Virus record (IMG/VR): IMGVR_UViG_3300028591_000117
Span: 59,530 to 123,529 of that record
Origin: a virus
Lineage: Duplodnaviria; Caudoviricetes
DNA length: 64,000 bases
Direction: 5' to 3' (one strand)
In this document: one piece after another, positions 1 to 7,161 of the stretch
Layout: each line of letters opens with the position of its first letter
Numbering within the stretch: the first letter of the stretch is position 1
Notes under the pieces: model-generated
What the model saw: the letters and a program-made list of their open reading frames with translations, nothing else
Told to the model about the DNA's origin: nothing
The model's database searches: none
Program-made: the position numbers and the translations under genes

Positions 1-997
1 AGAACTGATACATACTCACAATATATTATAGTTGGTTTATTCTCTCTGATATTTTGTAATAATACTTTTAATAATAATTTTTCTTTATTTGAAATTTCTT
101 CTCTATCTATTTCATCAGAAACATTATCTACAACAAATGTTATATCTCTTAGTCGAACTGACCAAAAATCTTTAGCTTTCTCAGACATTTTACCACCAGA
201 AGCTTTTAGATAATTCTTAGTTTCAGTTTCATTAAGATGAGTTGTATGATAGTTAAACTCTAAATTATACTCTTTTTGTCTTACTATAATTACTTCATTT
301 AAAATAGATTGTAATCTCTCTATATTTTTATATCCAACTATTTCTTCTATTGTTCTTTGAACTTTCTGTCTATTTCTTGTAGTTTGCGTTATTCTTTTTC
401 TATTAATAATTAAATAGTTATATTTAAAATTAGACCACGCTCCTAAAAGACTTGGATTTAATAATGTAATCATCCAATACATTCCTTCTATATTATTTTT
501 GCAACTAGTAGCTGTTAAAAAATATAATATACAAAATATCTTTCTTATTTGTATAAATTGTTTATACATATTAGACTTAGGATTTTGTAGTCCATTATGA
601 CTTTCATCAACAATTCCTAAAAGTTTATGCGTTTTATACAACTCAGCTAAAGTTGGTATTGCTTTATCGATGCATGTATTAGATATTAATAAAAATCTTC
701 CATTAGGATTTTTAAATGATTTCTCAGTACTTATCATTGAATAGCTTACATGTAATTTTTCAGTTAACTCTTTTTCAAAAGACATTAAAGCTTTAGGTGG
801 AGCTATAACTATAGTTATCAAATCTCTATTCTTTAACATGAGTTGAGTTGCTAAAGTAACTGCTGTATAAGTTTTACCTAAACCAGTTAAGTCTGGCCAG
901 ATATAACTGCATAAGGTCTTCTTATTGCAAAGTCTATCATTTCATTTTGTTCTTGTTTTAATGGAAACTCTTTTGATAGTGTATAATCTGGAACCAT
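1..997 (-). CDS. SNF2/SF2-type helicase, truncated by the window edge and interrupted by a 5-nt gap in Walker A (missing from the ORF track)
   Basis: RBS AGGAGG and ATG at 997 give MVPDYTLSKEFPLKQEQNEMIDFAIRRPYAVISGQT*. A second frame from 887 reads TGLGKT...IVAPPKAL...IVDESH...FLTATS (motifs I, Ia, II, III) and stays open to position 1. Confidence 0.85.
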
Positions 998-1017
998 TTA
1001 AGCACCACCTCCTTTAA

Positions 1018-1359
1018 TTAAAATTCTATATCTAATTCTTTTATTACATACTCTGTAATTCTATCTAAGTTTGGTTCTAATTGATACCAAATATCTATTT
1101 TAAATACTTCATCTTTATCTGGTCTATGATGTAAACTAGTCACTAAAACCTCATGTTCAGCTTTAGACCAGTAATAATACATTAGTATACTTTTAATTCC
1201 TTCTTTTAATTTTTCATAATTATCTATTTTATCACGTTTTATTCTTTTAAATAAATCATTTACAAACCACTCACCTAAAACATTAACTCTTTCTAGCTTA
1301 TTACTATTGAAATCTTCTCTAAAAGCATACCATTCTAATTTTTTATTCTTTTTCTTCAT
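1018..1359 (-). CDS. Hypothetical phage protein
   Basis: 113-aa ORF overlapping the end of the upstream gene; no motif recognised. Confidence 0.75.
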   Translation of the reverse strand: MKKKNKKLEWYAFREDFNSNKLERVNVLGEWFVNDLFKRIKRDKIDNYEKLKEGIKSILMYYYWSKAEHEVLVTSLHHRPDKDEVFKIDIWYQLEPNLDRITEYVIKELDIEF

Positions 1360-1921
1360 AATTATCTTCTCTTTCTTCTATTAATCTATCTAATAAAGTA
1401 CATGCTTGACTATACTCTCTCATATTAAAACCAGTATATGTATCACATTTAACTAAATAAGGAGTTAAATCTCTTTTAAAACCTACCATATCAGTGTCAT
1501 CATCTAAAATAACCATAACAGTTTTATCAATATCATAGTTATTTTCAATCATCCAATTCTCTATCTGAACTCCTCTAGTTTTAAAATAATTCTTATTAGC
1601 TCCATCAATAACTTCTACTCTACTGTCTAAACCACTATTTCTAAGAGCTTTTTCAACATCTTTTAATTTATGTCCTATAAGCCATGTAGATGTAATAACT
1701 ATTTTTAAATTATACTCTAAACAAAGTTTATTTAACCACCTAACTGCAAATTCATTAGATACTCTTTTATCATTAGGCCAACATAAATCGAAATAAAAAC
1801 CATCTTTTTCTACCATTCTTCTACCATCAATTGGTTCTGAATATATCATGTGAGTATTTACAACACCATCAATATCTAAAAATAATAATCTATCATAACT
1901 TAATCTTATACTAGTTACCAT
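1343..1921 (-). CDS. HAD-superfamily protein (Swiss-army-knife RNA-repair-type HAD domain)
   Basis: FLDIDGVVN, IVITSTW, RGVQI..W and VILDDDTD motifs. Start moved to ATG 1921 (RBS GAGGTGGAG) because the track start at 1960 lies inside a terminator hairpin. Confidence 0.8.
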   Translation of the reverse strand: MVTSIRLSYDRLLFLDIDGVVNTHMIYSEPIDGRRMVEKDGFYFDLCWPNDKRVSNEFAVRWLNKLCLEYNLKIVITSTWLIGHKLKDVEKALRNSGLDSRVEVIDGANKNYFKTRGVQIENWMIENNYDIDKTVMVILDDDTDMVGFKRDLTPYLVKCDTYTGFNMREYSQACTLLDRLIEEREDNYEEKE

Positions 1922-1937
1922 ACTCCACCTCAATACT

Positions 1938-1947
1938 ATTATATGAA
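1938..1947 (-). promoter_or_regulatory. TTCATATAAT promoter-like motif (copy 1 of 4; also 3040-3049, 11622-11631, 12314-12323)
   Basis: Identical 10-mer containing TATAAT just upstream of four gene or RNA starts. Confidence 0.6.
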
Positions 1948-1972
1948 AAAAGAGACTCAATTGAGTCTCTTT
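1946..1972 (-). terminator. Intrinsic terminator directly after the large ncRNA
   Basis: Palindrome AAAGAGACTCAATTGAGTCTCTTT with a longer U-tract on the minus strand. Confidence 0.85.
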
Positions 1973-2826
1973 AAATATATTAACTAGGTAGGAATTATTT
2001 ATTTACCTACAAGTTTAAGACTTAGCTCTGTTTATTAGTTGTACTCTAATGAGGAAGGATTGATTACCTTCAAGACTGCTAGCTTTAGACAATGTAATAC
2101 GGTCAAAATCTTTTTCTAAGATTTCGCGTTCCAATTTACACCTTCTGACACAGATTTGTACTGAGTGATTAATTGCCAAACTATTATACACCTTTTTACA
2201 GGCTTCAACTGCATCTACTTAATGAAAGCTGTGTATATATGCCTCGAACACGTACATATATCACTATCATCTAGTCGCAACCATCATTCTAGACTGATTA
2301 TATAAAATTTCGCTATATAAACTCGTTATTATCATAACTCTAAGTCCATTTCAGAACTGTCTATATACCACTTACTCCAAGCAAGAGTATTCGTGCACTA
2401 CATTTGTAGGAAAGTTGTCAAATCTTTCATTATTAAATATAACCATCTTATTAAACTACTATATTTATTATTATCTGGCCAAGATAATAACATTTTATAA
2501 TATAGATTGGATTGATTACCAATATATCAGTACTCAACTACCTATTTCCATTTAACACGGATTTTAGCAGACAACATCTATCAAATTTATAGGAGCATAT
2601 CTCTCCATCAACCGCGAACATTTCTCGTTCTCTCTACTGTTTAGTCGCAACACCACATGTAGACTAGAATGCATTCGATAGACTCAACTTACACTAACTA
2701 AGAATAACAACAAAACTCCCTCGGCTTTTGACCTGGCTACTTAGCTCATGACGAGTTTTTTAACTCGTGTTAGTTTCTACTCTTATAACGTCGAAATATT
2801 GTTTGAGTTACTAAGTTAATATATTT
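1973..2826 (-). ncRNA. Large (~850 nt) structured non-coding RNA, GOLLD/ROOL-class candidate
   Basis: No ORF of 60 aa or more. Ends form a 13-bp stem (2814-2826 with 1973-1985). Many local hairpins and repeated modules, a boxA-like leader upstream, a terminator downstream and a tRNA nearby. Confidence 0.75.
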
Positions 2827-2853
2827 TCAAAGAACTTAGTGTATTTAACACTA
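2824..2853 (-). promoter_or_regulatory. rRNA-operon-like antitermination leader (boxB-like hairpin plus boxA)
   Basis: Minus strand TAGTGT-TAAAT-ACACTA hairpin followed by GTTCTTTGAAAA, which matches the boxA consensus of Bacillota rrn operons. Confidence 0.6.
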
Positions 2854-2865
2854 CTCTAATTAATA

Positions 2866-3032
2866 GCTGATAATATACTTAAGATTAAAAATAGTTATAT
2901 TTGTCTATATCAAGGTACCGTCTTCGATATTCCACAGCAAACTACAGCAAATCTTCTTAATTTTGGTTTACTGACTTCATTAAGTAGAGTAACTTAATTG
3001 AAAGTCACTCTTTTAACTAGTATACTATCAGC
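2866..3032 (-). ncRNA. ~167-nt structured RNA with paired ends
   Basis: 5' GCUGAUAGUAUACU pairs with 3' AGUAUAUUAUCAGC (14 bp, one G-U). It starts about 8 nt after a TATAAT box and has three internal hairpins. Confidence 0.6.
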
Positions 3033-3039
3033 ATATTTT

Positions 3040-3049
3040 ATTATATGAA
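3040..3049 (-). promoter_or_regulatory. TTCATATAAT promoter for the ncRNA pair
   Basis: Same 10-mer as 1938-1947, correctly spaced from the 5' end of the 167-nt stem. Confidence 0.6.
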
Positions 3050-3075
3050 GTTTTTTAAACTTCCTATAATTAAAG

Positions 3076-3152
3076 TGGTAGGCAGAGTAGGACTTGAACC
3101 CACGACCAAAGCTGTATAAGAACCTCACTCTAACCAACTGAGTTATCTGCCT
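3076..3152 (-). tRNA. tRNA-Ile, anticodon UAU
   Basis: AGGCAGA TA ACTC AGTTGGTTA GAGT G AGGTT CT-TAT-AC AGCTT TGGTC GTGGG TTCAAGT CCTAC TCTGCCT A CCA: a full cloverleaf with encoded CCA. Confidence 0.93.
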
Positions 3153-3205
3153 AAAACCGTTGTTTGTTATTTAGACAGGTCCTACAACGTGAGCTGACCT
3201 CAATT

Positions 3206-3221
3206 AAATTATACCATAAAT
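3206..3221 (-). promoter_or_regulatory. Extended -10 promoter (TGGTATAAT) upstream of the tRNA
   Basis: Minus strand ATTTATGGTATAATTT; the same 16-mer recurs at 3368-3383. Confidence 0.65.
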
Positions 3222-3247
3222 AATTTAAAATGTTTATACTAAATTAT

Positions 3248-3301
3248 AAAATAATAAAACACTAGCGAGATGTAGTTATTTAACTAGTGTTTTATTATTT
3301 T
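3248..3301. repeat. Perfect 18-bp inverted repeat
   Basis: AAAATAATAAAACACTAG-N18-CTAGTGTTTTATTATTTT. Confidence 0.85.
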
Positions 3302-3367
3302 GAGAATTTCTCTACATAAGATTTTGAAACCTGTATATAAAACTAAGCACCAAATTTATATACAAAT

Positions 3368-3383
3368 AAATTATACCATAAAT
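3368..3383 (-). promoter_or_regulatory. Second extended -10 promoter
   Basis: Minus strand ATTTATGGTATAATTT, identical to 3206-3221. Confidence 0.6.
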
Positions 3384-3398
3384 TAGTAAAAAATAAAA

Positions 3399-4118
3399 CT
3401 ATTTTTCTGAAATAGTCTTATCTTCTTTCATAACAAGTTCTCTAATCTGTTCAAGTTTATCTTCAGGTAACATCATCATGCTATCTAATAGTTTTCTATA
3501 TTCATTATTTAAACTACCAAACTGACTATTATTTTGAACAGTTCTCATTGAAACATCTAAAATGTTTGTAATATCTTTATTTAAATTAGTTAATGTTGAT
3601 GATAAAGTTTTTAAGTCCATGTCATATAAATTTGAAGGGTCAAATAATCTTTCTTGTACTTGATTTGTATAAGCAGTTAACATAGGTATTCTAGAAAGTT
3701 GCATTAAAGTCATTATAGCTGACATTTCTTTTAGACGACCTTCAGTATCAGACATAAATTTATCTACAAATAAAGGTTTTTCACCTTTACCTGCAATATA
3801 ATTAAATAGGTCTTGTATATCTTCAGGAGTAAGACCTAGTGTAAGTTCATTTCTTTTAACTAGTACTGCATCAAGAGGTTTTTCTTCACAAATATTTTCA
3901 ATATTTTCAGGAATAGTATTAAAATTAATTTCTTGCTCTAAACTATCTTCTAACGTTTTATTTTCTAAAACTTTAGCCATAGGAGTATCTTCAAATTTAG
4001 TATCTGAAGGAAGTTTAACCCATTGAGCTTCTCCAGTTTCTTCATTACTAATTACTTCTGGATTTTCTTTAGTCTTAGTCAACATATTCTTTAAATCTTC
4101 ATCTGTAATTTTCTCCAT
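3399..4118 (-). CDS. Hypothetical protein (acidic N-terminus, helical C-terminus)
   Basis: 239-aa ORF with RBS GAGGAGGAG. Confidence 0.8.
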   Translation of the reverse strand: MEKITDEDLKNMLTKTKENPEVISNEETGEAQWVKLPSDTKFEDTPMAKVLENKTLEDSLEQEINFNTIPENIENICEEKPLDAVLVKRNELTLGLTPEDIQDLFNYIAGKGEKPLFVDKFMSDTEGRLKEMSAIMTLMQLSRIPMLTAYTNQVQERLFDPSNLYDMDLKTLSSTLTNLNKDITNILDVSMRTVQNNSQFGSLNNEYRKLLDSMMMLPEDKLEQIRELVMKEDKTISEK

Positions 4119-4235
4119 AATATCTCCTCCTCATTAATAAATATATAATATAATGTAATATTTAACTAGAAATAACTTAGAGACACTCTGGAATATCTTT
4201 TAATTATATTAATATAAATATATTAGAAACTAGTT

Positions 4236-4445
4236 TTATTTAAATCTGAATAAATCTGATATCTTTTTCTTTCTAACAGTAATTAAATTACTATTTGATT
4301 TATCTGATTGAATAAATTTAAATTTTCGTGTATCTAATAACATTCTCATATCATATTGACTAGCATAGTTAATTTTACAATTAACAGGTCTTCCTTTAAA
4401 TAAGTCTTCAATATGTGCTATGTGAACAAATACCTCTATATACAT
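4236..4445 (-). CDS. Hypothetical protein
   Basis: 69-aa ORF with RBS GGAGG at the end of the polymerase gene. Confidence 0.7.
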   Translation of the reverse strand: MYIEVFVHIAHIEDLFKGRPVNCKINYASQYDMRMLLDTRKFKFIQSDKSNSNLITVRKKKISDLFRFK

Positions 4446-4449
4446 AATA

Positions 4450-7161
4450 TTACCTCCATAAGTTTACATTATTTTTCATCTGTCTATTTCTACCAATGGT
4501 ATCATCCCAGCCAGAACCTTGAGGAGAATATAGATTTGCATTATCTTCATTCTCTTCAGTAAATAAATCATCAAAATAGTTAGAATTATCTACTTCATCT
4601 GAACTAACTTCTTCTTTAGTCTCAGTAGTTTCTTTAACTTCATAGTCTTTTTCAGTAAGCTCATCTCCAGCAGGTCCTATAATATGAAGATAATTAGGAT
4701 TTTTCATTAAGTTACCATTAATATCTTCTATATACTTCATTAAACCATGAATATCATTTTTAGCAGCTACATCATCATTCATCTTTATATATCTTTTTCC
4801 TGTAAAATCTTTAGGAGCTTCGATATATGGTTTAGTATCATACTCAAATGCTACAGTCTGACCCCATCTAGTTCCAATATCTAGACCTACTTGCATAGGA
4901 AAATCCCAGTCTTCATACCAAAGTCTCATACAAGATAGAACCATAGGTACTATAGACTCAACGTGCTGCTTAGATATATTATAATTTATTTCATCATGAA
5001 CTGTATTAAGAAATTTAATATAATTACGATTTTTATTTCTAGTTTCTGGATTGGAATAAAACTTATTATAAATATTTAAAAAACTTATCTTAAGAATATC
5101 TGCACCAGTTCCTTGAATAACTGTATTTGTGCAACTTCTAATTCCAAAGTTATACATTCCTCTATCTTTATGTGATAAATACCATCCAAGTCTTCTAGGT
5201 CTTCCAAACATAGTTTGAGTTACTCCAGTATCTATTGTTTTTTGTTCATTTTCATGAACCCAGTTAAATAAAACTGGAGCGCTAGCTTTATAGTCATGAA
5301 CTAGTTGTTCAGCTTCTTCTAATGGTATTTCAAAGTCTATAGCAAAGTTTCTTGGAGTCATTCCATATAAAATACCAAAATTACATCTTTTTGCTTTCTT
5401 TCTCTTACTCTTATCATAGTTCTCATCACCCCAAATTTTTCTAGCCATAACCTCATGTAAGTCTCCTCCAGTTTCAAATGTATGAGACCATAGAGGTTCT
5501 CTAGTTAATAAAGCAGGAACTCTTAATTCTTGAGCACTAAAATCACAAGATACCCAATATTTATCATCATCTGGAGTAAATCCAGAACGAATATTTAAAT
5601 CTTGTTGAAATCCTTCAATCTTCATTTCATGTAATCCTGGTATATTCCAAATTGACTCTTTAAATACCCACTTTAATATTCTAAAACATTTCTCATATCC
5701 TTCTTTAAAGTCATAGTCTATAGGAACTTCAGTTACATCTTTAGTAGTATTATTAAACATACATTCTTCTCTAGGATTATCTAATTTTCCTATAAATTGA
5801 GGATATAACTCAATTAATTTATCATATTCTACATAATAACAATTTCCAATTTTTGGTTTTGTTATATTTTGAATATTACTATCTGCAAAATATGAGTTCT
5901 TTTTATCTCCACCAGCAGCTAATCTACCTGAAGGAACTACCATAGTTTTATAACCAAATCTAAGTCTATTTCCATTAGGATTATCTTTACAAAACTTTAC
6001 AAAATTATCAGCATAAGTTCCTTTTTGTTTTTGATAATTAGCCATTTTCATGAGACTTTCCATAAAAATTCTCTTACTATCTTTACTATCTAGATTAAGT
6101 CTCTCAATAGTATACTGCATACTACCTTTATCTGATTTTGCTTCTCCTCTTTTATTTAAAGCTGGAATTAAAGCTCCTGAGTCTGTTGGTTCATAAGTTA
6201 CAATACCTAACCTTTTAAATGCTTCAGACTTTTGTTTAGGAGAACCTGCATTTATATATCCACCATTAATTTTATTTAAAGTTTCTTGAGTTTCATCAAT
6301 TTTCTTTTGATATATCTTAGAATATTTTTTCATCATATTAATATCAACATTAACTAACTCATCTTCCATCATCATTAATGGATATAAGAATTGAGTATCA
6401 AGCTCGGCTGAGTTTTTCATATTAGGATATTTAGATTTAGGATATCGAGTTCTTCTACCAGGTTCTTCATAGTAGTCCCAAAGAGCTTGAGCTAGTAGAT
6501 AAGTTCCTAAAGCATCAGTAGCTGCATAAGTATAACATTCACTAGGTCTTAGTTGATAGAAGTTCTCAGCATCTCCTAAAGTTTCTTTAAAACTAGCACC
6601 TCTCCAACCTAAATAGTATTCCTCAGAACCTTTTAAATTAGGATAAGGTACATTAGTATCAGAGTCAAAGATAATAGCTTGAACATCTATCATCTTATCT
6701 ATATATTTAGACATATCAAACTCAAAGACTCTTCTTCTATATCTCTCATCCATAGGAATATTATTTTCAATAAATCCACATTTTTCTATTACTCTTACAT
6801 CAAATCGTTGGTTAAAAGTAAAGATATATCTTACTTTTTCTAAAGCTCTATAAAACTTCCGTACTGCTTCTATACCTAAACTATCATTATGTTCAACTCC
6901 ATTTTCATCATAGTATGGAGCATGATTTACAGGAACATAAAAAGCATTTTTTCCGTCATAACAAAAAGAATATCCTACAATAAAACTTTTATCTAAGTTA
7001 AGTCCTGTAGTTTCAGTATCAAATGCAACAGCAGTTCCAAATAAACTTAGTACTTTATCTAACTGGTCTAGACTTTTTATTAAATAAAAGTTATAGGCAT
7101 AAGGATATAGATTACTTATAGGAGCTTCAGGTACCCACCTTTTATAGTCTCCTTTAGGCAT
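4450..7161 (-). CDS. Family A DNA polymerase with 3'-5' exonuclease
   Basis: Exo I AFDTETTGL, exo III YAATDA, SGRL..NIQNI, motif A CDFSAQELR, motif B RKKAKRCNFGILYG, motif C TVHDEI. Confidence 0.96.
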   Translation of the reverse strand: MPKGDYKRWVPEAPISNLYPYAYNFYLIKSLDQLDKVLSLFGTAVAFDTETTGLNLDKSFIVGYSFCYDGKNAFYVPVNHAPYYDENGVEHNDSLGIEAVRKFYRALEKVRYIFTFNQRFDVRVIEKCGFIENNIPMDERYRRRVFEFDMSKYIDKMIDVQAIIFDSDTNVPYPNLKGSEEYYLGWRGASFKETLGDAENFYQLRPSECYTYAATDALGTYLLAQALWDYYEEPGRRTRYPKSKYPNMKNSAELDTQFLYPLMMMEDELVNVDINMMKKYSKIYQKKIDETQETLNKINGGYINAGSPKQKSEAFKRLGIVTYEPTDSGALIPALNKRGEAKSDKGSMQYTIERLNLDSKDSKRIFMESLMKMANYQKQKGTYADNFVKFCKDNPNGNRLRFGYKTMVVPSGRLAAGGDKKNSYFADSNIQNITKPKIGNCYYVEYDKLIELYPQFIGKLDNPREECMFNNTTKDVTEVPIDYDFKEGYEKCFRILKWVFKESIWNIPGLHEMKIEGFQQDLNIRSGFTPDDDKYWVSCDFSAQELRVPALLTREPLWSHTFETGGDLHEVMARKIWGDENYDKSKRKKAKRCNFGILYGMTPRNFAIDFEIPLEEAEQLVHDYKASAPVLFNWVHENEQKTIDTGVTQTMFGRPRRLGWYLSHKDRGMYNFGIRSCTNTVIQGTGADILKISFLNIYNKFYSNPETRNKNRNYIKFLNTVHDEINYNISKQHVESIVPMVLSCMRLWYEDWDFPMQVGLDIGTRWGQTVAFEYDTKPYIEAPKDFTGKRYIKMNDDVAAKNDIHGLMKYIEDINGNLMKNPNYLHIIGPAGDELTEKDYEVKETTETKEEVSSDEVDNSNYFDDLFTEENEDNANLYSPQGSGWDDTIGRNRQMKNNVNLWR

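Noticed and set aside
882-892. Group I intron or its remnant at the helicase gap (U|UAA start)
   Set aside because: Removing UAACUG (ending in G) leaves an in-frame stop, and there is no room for an intron core. Only a 5-nt skip or a -1 shift restores the frame.
1973-3060. CRISPR array, tmRNA, RNase P or group II intron as the identity of the non-coding island
   Set aside because: The repeats are short, paired and irregularly spaced. I saw no tRNA-like ends with a tag ORF, no GAGGAAAGUCC core and no GUGCG start or domain V.
3050-3075. tRNA-associated HDV-like (theta) ribozyme after the tRNA 3' end
   Set aside because: The downstream sequence is a short AT-rich hairpin and a promoter, with no nested pseudoknot pattern.
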